Assembly (NCBI GenBank): GCA_964504275.1
Contig: CAZDDV010000001.1
Span: 20,982-84,981 of the forward strand
Direction: 5' to 3'
Length of the DNA stretch: 64,000 nt
DNA from: an uncultured Candidatus Saccharibacteria bacterium
Lineage (GTDB): Bacteria > Patescibacteriota > Saccharimonadia > Saccharimonadales > JAGQNJ01
Below are positions 36,867 to 46,793 of the stretch, piece by piece. The position numbers were made by a program, and so were the translations under genes. The notes beneath the pieces are model-generated. The model did no database searches. It was not told the origin of the DNA and worked only from the letters and a program-made list of their open reading frames with translations. Numbering within the stretch: position 1 is the first letter of the stretch; each line of letters opens with the position of its first letter.

Positions 36867-38342
36867 ATGGCCAAACCAAACCAAAAAACAACCAAACGCA
36901 ATAATCCTGAGTCCAGGCAGCGTGGTTTTGTTGCGCGCACAGCAGAAACCATACTACGCGGTATTGGTTCTAAAAAGTTTTTGTATGCGACGCTTATTTG
37001 GTTTGTTTTTTCGGCTGGATTTATCGCAATGACGACCTCTCGGGCCGTGGCGCCAGACGAAACAGCACATCTCAGCAGAGTTAAGATATATGCAGAGGGC
37101 GGAGTCACGCCGTTTATCCACCAGACGGAAGCAACGTATTATCTCGGTGCTGTCGAACAACAGCCAAATTACTTATTCCATTATCTAATGAGTATGCCGT
37201 ATCGATTCATGCCAGATGCGTGGTCGCCAAACACAAAAATCGTATTGCTTAGATTAATCAACATGGTATTTGTGCTTTGCGGGCTGGTGGTTTTTAGTCG
37301 TACAGTACGACGGTTAACAAGAAGCACTTTAGTACAAAATCTTAGCGTTTTTATGCTGAGTAACACGCTGATGTTCGTGTTTTTGGCGGGCGTGCTCAAT
37401 TATGATAATCTTTTCTTTTTGACTACGTGCGTAGCATTTTACTACTTGGTAAAACTACTGCAGAAGTTTAGTTTGCAAGATTTCCTTAAGCTTGGAATCG
37501 CTGTTGCGATTGCGCTATTAACTAAATTTACCTTCGTGCCACTTGCGGTCATGTTTGCAATTGTATTGATTGTTCGATATTGTCGTGAATTACGATCAGT
37601 CTGGCAAACAAGCAAAACAGAAATCAAAGAATACAGAAAACCACTTATTATTTTGGCGATATTATTTGCGCTGGTATTTGGTTTTTTTGCCGAGCGCTAC
37701 GTCGGCAACTTTATAAAGTACGGCAGCTATCGCCCTAAATGCGAGAACGTCCTTGGGCATGAAAAGTGTCTGAGCAGCGCCTTGTACCGTAGGAACCTTT
37801 CGTTTAAGGACAAAGAGGTTACTCAAAAAATTCCTAACGAACAATTCGTAGCAAAATGGATGTTGCGAACCAAAGAAACAATTTTTGGCATTATGGGCCA
37901 CCATTCGCTTGCGCAGGCACCGCTGATTAAATATGGCAGCCTGGTTGTGATTGCAGTTATGCTGTTTGCATTCGTGCGCACGGTGAGCCCGCGGGATAGC
38001 ACTATGTTTTATTTGATTGCCATAATTTTGATGTATGTTGGGACGCTTATTATTCACAATCATAATTTATTTCAGCGATCACAGATTTTTGGCATGGCAC
38101 TGCAAGGGCGATATATTTTCCCAGTACTAGGAATGATATATTTTGTCGGCAACTTTTTTGTAGAGCGTCTGATGCGCAAAAATCGCGTGGCGTATGCAAG
38201 TTACGCACTTTTTGTAGTTGTACTATTTTTTGCCAGTGCATTACCAGCCTATATATATGTCACGAGTTCGATTTGGTTTATGCCGTCGGCGGAGCCATTT
38301 GTGCATCAAATACAATTGGTATTGAGAGCGATTCTTCCCTAA
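36867..38342 (+). CDS. GT-C-fold (ArnT/PMT-like) membrane glycosyltransferase
   Basis: APDETAH in first loop, QQPNYLFH, VLNYDNL, LLTKFT, QGRYIFP; polytopic. Confidence 0.75.
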   Translation: MAKPNQKTTKRNNPESRQRGFVARTAETILRGIGSKKFLYATLIWFVFSAGFIAMTTSRAVAPDETAHLSRVKIYAEGGVTPFIHQTEATYYLGAVEQQPNYLFHYLMSMPYRFMPDAWSPNTKIVLLRLINMVFVLCGLVVFSRTVRRLTRSTLVQNLSVFMLSNTLMFVFLAGVLNYDNLFFLTTCVAFYYLVKLLQKFSLQDFLKLGIAVAIALLTKFTFVPLAVMFAIVLIVRYCRELRSVWQTSKTEIKEYRKPLIILAILFALVFGFFAERYVGNFIKYGSYRPKCENVLGHEKCLSSALYRRNLSFKDKEVTQKIPNEQFVAKWMLRTKETIFGIMGHHSLAQAPLIKYGSLVVIAVMLFAFVRTVSPRDSTMFYLIAIILMYVGTLIIHNHNLFQRSQIFGMALQGRYIFPVLGMIYFVGNFFVERLMRKNRVAYASYALFVVVLFFASALPAYIYVTSSIWFMPSAEPFVHQIQLVLRAILP

Positions 38343-39838
38343 GACTTCTTTGCGGTCAGTCGCCACATTATAATCGCCTGAGTAGTGAGGCCAGCAACAA
38401 GGCCGATTATCAGTACGGGTAGCAATAGGCCGGGTATATCATTTTTTTCGGTGATTCCTGTATAGAGTGCTTGTATCGGGTTGGTCATCACAACTTTAAA
38501 CTGCCGCACTAGGATGCTGGTTGCACTGGTCATAATTGATAGCCAGCCAAGAACCACGATTAGTAAAACGCCCTGGCCGCGCAACTTTTTAAAATACAAT
38601 GCGCCGACGGCCATGAACCCAGCAAATGATAGCCAAGCTGGCAGTAGGTAGCGCCGATTCACTCCGCCATAGCCAACCGAGTAGGCAATTTGTTGGCCAT
38701 ACGTAATAATAAATTGCAGCAACAATAAACCGATAATCGCCCACATAATTACTGTTAGTTTTTTGCGTGATTTCCATATTTGCGCGACCGCGCCATACGT
38801 AACAGTTAAGATAATTAGTAGCGACGGCCAAAAGTTAATCGCTTGATTACCAACTCTTGGCAGAATTTTCCAGGATCTTCCGTACAAACCGGTTGTAAGC
38901 ATCTTCCAGGTTTCCGGGGAAGTTAAAACTTCTGGCAGCGTTTCGTATTTACCTGGCAAGATATTTTGCGCCGAACCTGGCGGGCGATTCCTAAAAGGCG
39001 AACCACTTAATTGATAATTGTGAACATAAAACCAACCAATACCAATCGCAATAACGATCGTAATGATCGCCGAAGCCTTAATCGCTGGTAGCAGTTTTTG
39101 TAGCCATGTTCCTTTGGTATGTAACCAAGCAGCAATAAAAAGTGTGACGAACACAACCAGTACGGTTCCGAAAAATGAAGCTTTGGTTGCCATACCGCCT
39201 AGGCACACAACTGCCAGCCACGCTGTATAAGAGGTTTTAATGCCACTTTGAACCGTGCGAATTGATAGCACTAGTGCCAGTGTTGCAAATAGCATCATGA
39301 GTCCGTCGTTCATGATTTCGGCCGCAACATAAAATGCTAAAAGCGATGATCCAATCGCCGGTACAGCAACCGCAAATAGGGCGCGCCGTTTACCGCCAAT
39401 AACCCAGCCACCCCACGCCATGGCTAGGACACACAGCACGCCTATAATAATGCTTATCACCCGCGCAATTGCGGTGGCTCTAACCCAGTGGCCATCGTCT
39501 AAAAGCGGCGTTACGAATGGCGCCAGGATTGCATAGTAAAGCGGCGGATGATGTGACACAAATTGAATTTTCGATTTCGGTCGCCCAAGCGGTGCTTGCG
39601 TGCCTTGCCAAAAATCTGGCAAATTGCCATGTCCAAGTTGCCAGGCGTAATCAAGATGTTGCGGCGCGTCAGTGGTTCCGCGCCACGGAACGGCCGAAGC
39701 AAAAATTGCCATGCCGCAGATCATCGCTAGAATGACTCCCAGCACCCCAATGCTTGCCCGTTTTCGTTCCGCAGTTGAAAGAAAGCTTTTTATAATCCAA
39801 AGCCGCAAACTTTTGTAGAACCCCCGCAACGTTTCCAT
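38339..39838 (-). CDS. GT-C-fold (ArnT/PMT-like) membrane glycosyltransferase
   Basis: TDAPQHLDY, HHPPLYY, IMNDGL, MATKAS, RRYLLP; polytopic. Confidence 0.75.
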   Translation of the reverse strand: METLRGFYKSLRLWIIKSFLSTAERKRASIGVLGVILAMICGMAIFASAVPWRGTTDAPQHLDYAWQLGHGNLPDFWQGTQAPLGRPKSKIQFVSHHPPLYYAILAPFVTPLLDDGHWVRATAIARVISIIIGVLCVLAMAWGGWVIGGKRRALFAVAVPAIGSSLLAFYVAAEIMNDGLMMLFATLALVLSIRTVQSGIKTSYTAWLAVVCLGGMATKASFFGTVLVVFVTLFIAAWLHTKGTWLQKLLPAIKASAIITIVIAIGIGWFYVHNYQLSGSPFRNRPPGSAQNILPGKYETLPEVLTSPETWKMLTTGLYGRSWKILPRVGNQAINFWPSLLIILTVTYGAVAQIWKSRKKLTVIMWAIIGLLLLQFIITYGQQIAYSVGYGGVNRRYLLPAWLSFAGFMAVGALYFKKLRGQGVLLIVVLGWLSIMTSATSILVRQFKVVMTNPIQALYTGITEKNDIPGLLLPVLIIGLVAGLTTQAIIMWRLTAKKS

Positions 39839-39873
39839 TAGCTTAAGTCTACCAGGCTCTTGCCGGTTTTGGG

Positions 39874-40836
39874 TTATTTTTTGGTCGAGTTTTTGTCGTA
39901 CTGAATTTGACGAAGTTTATGTAAGTTTTCTTCCAACAAGCGGCGATTAATTGCAATAAGATCCGCAATGATTCCAAGCACAATTGTCAAAAATCCAACA
40001 ATAATTAAAACCGCTCCCGCAACAAGCGATTGTAAATGCCCGCCAATTGGGTCGCCATGAGTAATGACTAAGAATAAGTATCGGAACATCGGCAGCGTAC
40101 CAACCCCGAAAATAAATATACCTACACTAAAGAAAATTTTAAACGGTTCGTGCATAGCGTAGCTTTGAAAAATCGTCGAGGTTGATTTCCATATGTGCTG
40201 GAACATGTTTTTAAACAATCGAGACTCGCGAGTTTTTGGGTTTGTTTTAATCGCCACAAACGTAATCGGCACGCGCTTTTTGCCAGCATGAATAATTGTT
40301 TCGGTGCAATAACTAAACGTTGTAACGACATTTAAATCGAGCGCCGCTTTTCTGGAATATGCGCGGAAGCCACTGACGGCATCTGGGATACTCGTGCCTG
40401 CCGCTGCGTTGACCAAACCGCTACCAAGCTTTTGCAGTACTTTTTTGAGCGGACTAAAATGTGCAATCGTGCGAGTTTGACGATCGCCGACCACCATATC
40501 GAATTCGCCGCTCAAAATCGGTGCAATGAGTTTTGGAATGTCTTCTTGCGGGTATTGGTTGTCGCCGTCGGTGTTTACGATAACGTCGGCACCAAGCCGC
40601 AAGCATTCTTGGACTCCGTCGTAAAATGTTGCCGCTAAACCTTTGTTTTTCTTGTGTCGCACAATGTGGTCGACGCCAAGTTTTTTGGCAACTTGAATCG
40701 TTTTGTCTTTTGATCCGTCGTCGATAATCATGACTTCGACAGAATCAATGCCGGCGATCTTGCGCGGAATACTGTTTACTACCAAATGCAGCGTTTCTTC
40801 TTCGTTATAGCAGGGAATTTGTACAATTAGTTTCAC
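39874..40836 (-). CDS. GT2 polyprenol-phosphate glycosyltransferase with C-terminal TMs
   Basis: IPCYNEE, IDDGSKDKT, NTDGDNQY, DAVSGFRAY, two C-terminal TM helices; GTG start. Confidence 0.88.
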   Translation of the reverse strand: MKLIVQIPCYNEEETLHLVVNSIPRKIAGIDSVEVMIIDDGSKDKTIQVAKKLGVDHIVRHKKNKGLAATFYDGVQECLRLGADVIVNTDGDNQYPQEDIPKLIAPILSGEFDMVVGDRQTRTIAHFSPLKKVLQKLGSGLVNAAAGTSIPDAVSGFRAYSRKAALDLNVVTTFSYCTETIIHAGKKRVPITFVAIKTNPKTRESRLFKNMFQHIWKSTSTIFQSYAMHEPFKIFFSVGIFIFGVGTLPMFRYLFLVITHGDPIGGHLQSLVAGAVLIIVGFLTIVLGIIADLIAINRRLLEENLHKLRQIQYDKNSTKK

Positions 40837-40954
40837 GGGGTGTCCTTACTTTTTAGGGTCTACTCAAATCGTGTTTTTATTATAAACGATTTATTCAACC
40901 TTGTTGCTACAAACTTGCCCTCAAACCAACAGAATGCATTATAATGAGTGGCTG

Positions 40955-41758
40955 ATGCTGCGACATATACTATCAAAAAAGAATAAAGTTCTGCTTAACG
41001 AACTCGTGCGTACAGACTTTAAGCTACGCTATCAGGGTTCAGCACTTGGTTACGCCTGGTCATTGTTGCGTCCACTGATGCTATTTTTGATTCTCTATCT
41101 TGTATTTGCGCGCTTTATTCGTGTCGGCGACAGCGTGCCGCACTTTCCGGTTTATTTGCTGCTCGGTATTGTGCTTTGGAATTTCTTTGCCGAGATGACT
41201 TCTATGAGCCTTGGCTCGATTGTTGGCCGCGGTGATTTAATACGAAAAATCAGAATTCCCCGCTGGATTATTGTGTCATCAAGTAGTCTGTCGGCGGTTA
41301 TTAACCTCGGGCTAAACATGCTAATTGTGTTGGTGTTTGTCATTGTTAACCGAGTTGATTTATTGCAAACGAGTTTGTGGTTGCCACTTATTATTATAGA
41401 AATGTATCTGTTTGCGCTCGGCATCTCGCTTATTTTGGCTGCTGCTTTTGTGAAGTATCGAGATGTTAGTTATGTATGGGAAGTTACAACGCAAGGTTTG
41501 TTTTATTTAACACCGGTCTTGTATCCGCTGGCGCTTATTAAAAACGAGTTTTATCAAAAAATACTACTGATGAGTCCCATGGGTCAAACGATTCAAGATG
41601 CACGCTACGCATTAATTACTCATGAAACGCTTACCACGACACAAGTGTACGGCTCACCGTGGTGGCGCATTGTTCCGGTTGGTATTTCTTTGCTCGTTTT
41701 GTTTTTGGGCATTTGGTATTTTAGATCGCAATCTAAACATTTCGCGGAGAATATTTAA
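40955..41758 (+). CDS. wzm: Glycan ABC exporter permease Wzm
   Basis: DFKLRYQGSALGYAWSLLRPL, YRDV, FYLTPVLYP. Confidence 0.93.
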   Translation: MLRHILSKKNKVLLNELVRTDFKLRYQGSALGYAWSLLRPLMLFLILYLVFARFIRVGDSVPHFPVYLLLGIVLWNFFAEMTSMSLGSIVGRGDLIRKIRIPRWIIVSSSSLSAVINLGLNMLIVLVFVIVNRVDLLQTSLWLPLIIIEMYLFALGISLILAAAFVKYRDVSYVWEVTTQGLFYLTPVLYPLALIKNEFYQKILLMSPMGQTIQDARYALITHETLTTTQVYGSPWWRIVPVGISLLVLFLGIWYFRSQSKHFAENI

Positions 41759-42982
41759 ATGGATAATGAAGTTAGCGATCAAAATGCAATAACCGTTACT
41801 AGTCTGAGTAAGTCGTTTAAGTTACCACACGAAAAACTAAGCTCAATCAAAAGCACCGTGCTCAATTTTTACAAACGGCGGAGTTACGAACAGCAACGCG
41901 TGCTTCACGATATTTCCTTTGAAGTTAAAAAGGGTGAATTCTTTGGAATCGTCGGACGGAACGGAAGCGGAAAGAGTACACTATTAAAAATTCTGGCCGG
42001 AATATATTCTGCCGATAAAGGTGACGTCATTGTGAATGGTTTGCTGACGCCTTTTATTGAGCTAGGCGTTGGGTTCAACCCGGAACTTACTGGCCGTGAG
42101 AATGTTTATTTGAACGGTGCTCTGCTTGGTTTTGATCGCAGGGAAATGAGCAAGATGTACGACGGCATTGTGGAGTTTGCCGAACTAGAGCGGTTCATGG
42201 ATCAGAAGCTCAAAAATTATTCTTCTGGCATGCAAGTTCGGCTAGCTTTTTCGATTGCGATTCGTGCAAAGTCAGACATTTTACTTATCGATGAAGTTCT
42301 GGCTGTTGGCGACGCAGCATTTCAACAAAAATGCTTTGACGTGTTCGCAAAACTCAAAAAAGACGGAACGACAATTATTCTTGTTACGCACGATATGGGT
42401 TCGGTTTTGCGTTTTTGTGATCGCGCAATGCTGATTGATAAAGGTGACGTAATCAAAATCGGTAATCCTCACCAGGTTGCAGATACGTACTTAGAGCTAA
42501 ACTATAATCCAGCCAAAAAAGACAAAGAAATGCAAAAGAGTATCGACAAAAAAAAGAAAGAGCCGGCAATTAAAAACGTTTCAATTAGTGGACTCGAAAA
42601 AGAAGAAAAGCATCGTTTTTTACCCGGTGAAAAAGCACGCGTATGCATCAAGTTTAAAAATAACTCACAAAAAAAACCGCTTCATTTCGGATTACAGATT
42701 TTTAGCGAGAATGGTACGTACTGCTTTGGTACAAATTCTAATATTTCCGGCCTTGGCGCGTACAAATCACAAAAAGAGAATGATGAAGTATTTGTCGACC
42801 TTGGTCTTGATCTAGTTCCTGGAACGTACTCTGTGACGGCCGCGCTCATGAACGAGTCGGCAACAACTGTGTATAGCTACCGCGATCAAGCCTGCAAATT
42901 TAGGATTATAAAAAATACTCAGAACGACGGTATAGCACTGCTAAGTGTAGATTGGCAACTTGATAAATTAAACAAAAAGTGA
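41759..42982 (+). CDS. wzt: Glycan ABC exporter ATPase Wzt with a C-terminal carbohydrate-binding domain
   Basis: GRNGSGKST, YSSGMQVRLAF, IDEVLAVGD; ~150-aa C-terminal extension (LVPGTYSV). Confidence 0.93.
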   Translation: MDNEVSDQNAITVTSLSKSFKLPHEKLSSIKSTVLNFYKRRSYEQQRVLHDISFEVKKGEFFGIVGRNGSGKSTLLKILAGIYSADKGDVIVNGLLTPFIELGVGFNPELTGRENVYLNGALLGFDRREMSKMYDGIVEFAELERFMDQKLKNYSSGMQVRLAFSIAIRAKSDILLIDEVLAVGDAAFQQKCFDVFAKLKKDGTTIILVTHDMGSVLRFCDRAMLIDKGDVIKIGNPHQVADTYLELNYNPAKKDKEMQKSIDKKKKEPAIKNVSISGLEKEEKHRFLPGEKARVCIKFKNNSQKKPLHFGLQIFSENGTYCFGTNSNISGLGAYKSQKENDEVFVDLGLDLVPGTYSVTAALMNESATTVYSYRDQACKFRIIKNTQNDGIALLSVDWQLDKLNKK

Positions 42983-42986
42983 AATC

Positions 42987-44189
42987 CTAGTTCTTTTTTC
43001 CTTTTTCAGCTAGCCAGGTATTTATTATTGGATTACGCACGCTACGAAGTTCTGACTCCTTTTGTTGCATGGCTTCGATAGTAACTTCAAGCGACTTAAT
43101 CTTGAGCGGATTTTCAACTATGAATTCTTTTAATATGACTTCGATGGGTTCAATTTTTGCTAGGTGAGAAAAATCTATTTTTTTATTTAACTCTAGTGTC
43201 ATACGTTTGTACGAAAAAATTTCGTGGTGCCTTAACATGAGTTCAGTACGAAGGGTGTAGTATTGTCTTTTTAGCCTTTGCCAAGTATCGTGCTTTTCGG
43301 AGTCACCGGTAATACGACTCTTCAGTTTTTCATAATTACTAGGTTTTTGAGCGATTACTACATGCGTAGCTGCCATTGCACGAGCTTCGTACATAGAATA
43401 GTTATTCATAAAACTATTTTTACTCGTCGTATCTTTTTCGATATGTGACAAAAACTTACCAACAGGCATGGAGAGGAATTTTTGCTTTTGTGCCTCACTG
43501 AGGTTTGCCATGAAGCGATTAATCGTCATATTAACCGACATTAACGCGGTGCCACTTTCAGGAATGTAACTTTCTAATATCTTAAAATCATCTACAAGAT
43601 ATGTTTCATTCGCTTGAGGCGTCAAGGCAAAATAATGCCCTGGAAAACCATGGTACGGTTGGTAAAATGAATTATTAATTCTAAACACACCCTTCGGTTT
43701 TAGAACTCGCTTCACTTCATTTATTGCAGCGATTGGATCATAGACGTGCTCAAACACGGCAGTTGAATCAACAAAATCGAAGGAGTTGTCCAGAAAAGGC
43801 AAGTGCTCGGCTTCGCCTACGACATCAACCTGCGAGCAAGGTAAAATATCGAGCGAAATAACCCGCGAATCTGATGTTGGAACATTTCCAGAGCCGAGGT
43901 GAAGCACTCGTTTTGCACGCTTGTGCTGTTCTGGCACGACGTACTCAGCATGTGTTTTGGATATTTTACCTTCTTCCGGAGGCGTAACATGCATCGGTTC
44001 AGCTTTGAGAACAAGCACAGGCACACCACCAACAAGCCTATATGATCTCCCCGAGCTTGATATTAATTTATCGCCACGAAGTTTTAACGGCTCGCCTGTA
44101 TGTGGTGAAGCGAGTATGCTCACAAAGTTAGCTATTTTTTTTACGTTCGATTGTTTATTTATTTTGAAGTCGCTACGAAAATTCAACAT
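42987..44189 (-). CDS. Class I SAM methyltransferase with a Trm112-like N-terminus and helical C-terminus
   Basis: LASPHTGEPL...YRLVGGVPVL; VLHLGSG, HLPFLDNSFD, FEHV.DP, RVLKPKG, PYHGFP. Confidence 0.8.
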   Translation of the reverse strand: MLNFRSDFKINKQSNVKKIANFVSILASPHTGEPLKLRGDKLISSSGRSYRLVGGVPVLVLKAEPMHVTPPEEGKISKTHAEYVVPEQHKRAKRVLHLGSGNVPTSDSRVISLDILPCSQVDVVGEAEHLPFLDNSFDFVDSTAVFEHVYDPIAAINEVKRVLKPKGVFRINNSFYQPYHGFPGHYFALTPQANETYLVDDFKILESYIPESGTALMSVNMTINRFMANLSEAQKQKFLSMPVGKFLSHIEKDTTSKNSFMNNYSMYEARAMAATHVVIAQKPSNYEKLKSRITGDSEKHDTWQRLKRQYYTLRTELMLRHHEIFSYKRMTLELNKKIDFSHLAKIEPIEVILKEFIVENPLKIKSLEVTIEAMQQKESELRSVRNPIINTWLAEKGKKN

Positions 44190-44192
44190 TAC

Positions 44193-46748
44193 TTAACCCC
44201 TTCGCTCAATTTGTTCGAGATAACTATGTTTTGCGTATGGCGAAATCATTTCTTGAGATTTTTTACCCATTGCTAGCAATGCTTTATTGGCTGTTTTATC
44301 TTTATTGAGTACTTGTTCAATTACGCGTGCAATTTGGTCAGTATCGAACAGGCTCAGCTTGTAGCCGTTGCGGCCAGCCAGTAATTGTTCGTCGACGCCA
44401 GCACTATTATTTCTAAGTACGAAACTGCCCATGTACATTGCCTCGGCAACATAGAGCGCAAATGTTTCGCTTAGCGAAGTGCACAACACAGCGTTACACT
44501 GGGAGTAGATGCCGAGTACTCTATTTTTTGGCATTGATGGATACAGTCGCAAACGCTCACCAAGAATTGTTCCCCCGATCGCTTCGATTTGCCGTGACAT
44601 ATAATCATCGCCAATTGATACAAACGTTAGTGAAAAATCTCGATATTTCTTTGGGTTCTTTGCATAATATTTTTTTAGAAAAGTATCAAATGCAATTAGG
44701 GCGGTAAAGTGACCTTTGCGGCCATCTTGCGGCGTGCCTTGCAATAAGAAATTAATACTATTAAAGTCTTGGACTTTACGTTTGAGGTGATAGCGTTTGC
44801 CAACACCAATATTTAAGAGAATAGTTCGAACGCGGTCAGTATTAAAAAGCGCATTGTACTGTTTCATAACGCTATGAGACGGTACGAGCATAGAAAGCTT
44901 TTTCTTTCGCACTAACGCGCCTAACATTTTCGGGTCAAGTTTGTCGTGGAATGATTTATTGATGCTATTGTACTGCGTTACGTCTTCGTGAATAAACCAG
45001 TAGGCATGATGCAAGCCATTATGTTCGAGTAAGTCCAGTACGTAGCGTCGATAGTTTTCAAACACGGCAACAGTATTCATCATCACAAAATCATGTGGTT
45101 GCAAGTTGAGCTGAAATGCAATTTCGTGTTGTGGGTGAGTCGCGCTTGCCAAGTAAATTTTTACTCCCGCCTCGCGGAGTTCGCGCACCAGATTTTGTTC
45201 GACATATGGCGATACGATGCAGACTCGGGAAGCACCGTATTTTTTGCAGTATTCGCGAATGACTTGCAGCATCACAAGTGGCGCGCCGGTATGGTCAATG
45301 GCGTGAGCGATAAATACATATCGCCGTGGTGTTGCTTGGGTTTTTCGCGTCACGTTTTGGCTGGCAACAAAATAGAGTCGTTTCCAGCCATTTGTCTTAC
45401 CGTAACGAACAACGCGTGGCAAAAATAACGCCGCACTTTTAGTAGTTTGCATGGCTTTCCGCGTCAGTCTTGTTGCGAATCGCTGCGGCGCACTATCTGC
45501 TCCATGAACGACGACCGTACTGCGAAACCGGCTTTCGTCGGCAAATGGTAGTGGGTGAGCCGAAAGACGTAGCAGGGGACGAACAACATCGTGCCAAAAA
45601 TATTTTTGTTTAATTTCTTTCACTTGTTCTTTGACGTGCACTAATTGTTCGGGATGTGCCGCGACATCAGCAATGGTTTGGTGAATATCATCGGCAGAAA
45701 GTTTTTTAATTCTAATTGCCGCATTATTGTCGAGTAGTTCTTCACTGAGCGGATCGCCGCCATTTGTGATGATCGCAAGTTCTCCCCAAACAAAATCCAT
45801 CACGCGTGTACGCCACGAAAACTGATTTTCTTCGCCTGGTTTGTTCAGGCTGATTACCGTATTGCAATGAGCAAACCAATTAATGCGATCTTCAAAATCT
45901 ACCCACTCAACAAAAAACATAGTCTTGTTTAAAAGTTTATGCTTCTTAGCAAAATCAACCGCTTCGTCGTGCTGACGAGAAAAATCAGGATTTGGATTAA
46001 ACGGATTTTTACTGCCGACAAAAACCAGTTTTATTTTTTTATCGCCAGAAAGTTTGAGGGCAGCCTCCAGAAGATCAGCGACTTTAAACCACGGATACAA
46101 ACCACCAAACCACATGACTACAAAATCATCATCTTTTATGCCAAGCTTATGATAAGGATTTTCTTTTGGCTGAATTGGCTCGTCGTGTAATCCAAAAGGA
46201 ACAACATGCAAGCGATCTTTGCGGTAGCTATACGGATTGATGATTCCAAGCGCTGAGAATACACCCATGTAATACGTTTTTTGAAACTTATTCGCACACA
46301 TAAAGTAATCACCGCGCTTGAGCACTTCGTTGTAACCTTCGATATCGCGCATGTAGTATCCGTATTCGTGTTGCAGGTTTTTAGAATCACGAGCAGATAC
46401 TTCGACATAAATTGGTACATACAAATCGAGCACTAAGCAAATTTGTGGGCTAATGTGCCGAGCAACAAATACCGAAGGATCGCCCATGCAATAACTCATG
46501 ATTACCATGTCGTACGAGTTAATAAGATCGATAAAATTACTATCAAGCGTCCAGTTTGTGAGCAGTACTCCCTCGCAAGAATCAGCACCTTGCGGGAACG
46601 ATTCGTTTACTGCGACTGTAACGCGCGTACCATTTGCACTGAGTCCTTTTGCCAGCCCCCACGCCCGCATGCCGCCACCTTCAACGCGGGTGCACTGCTC
46701 TGTCGGAACCGGGCCATATGTAATTATTAAGCATGTTTTTTTTGCCAT
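44193..46748 (-). CDS. Two-module GT4-like glycosyltransferase
   Basis: GGGMRAW, WFGGLYPWF, SWRTRVMD; second module HAIDHTGAP, RKGH, SLSETFALYVAEAM. Confidence 0.8.
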   Translation of the reverse strand: MAKKTCLIITYGPVPTEQCTRVEGGGMRAWGLAKGLSANGTRVTVAVNESFPQGADSCEGVLLTNWTLDSNFIDLINSYDMVIMSYCMGDPSVFVARHISPQICLVLDLYVPIYVEVSARDSKNLQHEYGYYMRDIEGYNEVLKRGDYFMCANKFQKTYYMGVFSALGIINPYSYRKDRLHVVPFGLHDEPIQPKENPYHKLGIKDDDFVVMWFGGLYPWFKVADLLEAALKLSGDKKIKLVFVGSKNPFNPNPDFSRQHDEAVDFAKKHKLLNKTMFFVEWVDFEDRINWFAHCNTVISLNKPGEENQFSWRTRVMDFVWGELAIITNGGDPLSEELLDNNAAIRIKKLSADDIHQTIADVAAHPEQLVHVKEQVKEIKQKYFWHDVVRPLLRLSAHPLPFADESRFRSTVVVHGADSAPQRFATRLTRKAMQTTKSAALFLPRVVRYGKTNGWKRLYFVASQNVTRKTQATPRRYVFIAHAIDHTGAPLVMLQVIREYCKKYGASRVCIVSPYVEQNLVRELREAGVKIYLASATHPQHEIAFQLNLQPHDFVMMNTVAVFENYRRYVLDLLEHNGLHHAYWFIHEDVTQYNSINKSFHDKLDPKMLGALVRKKKLSMLVPSHSVMKQYNALFNTDRVRTILLNIGVGKRYHLKRKVQDFNSINFLLQGTPQDGRKGHFTALIAFDTFLKKYYAKNPKKYRDFSLTFVSIGDDYMSRQIEAIGGTILGERLRLYPSMPKNRVLGIYSQCNAVLCTSLSETFALYVAEAMYMGSFVLRNNSAGVDEQLLAGRNGYKLSLFDTDQIARVIEQVLNKDKTANKALLAMGKKSQEMISPYAKHSYLEQIERRG

Positions 46749-46793
46749 TTTTAGAACTCCATTTTACGGTAACTATAGCACATAAGCCCGATA

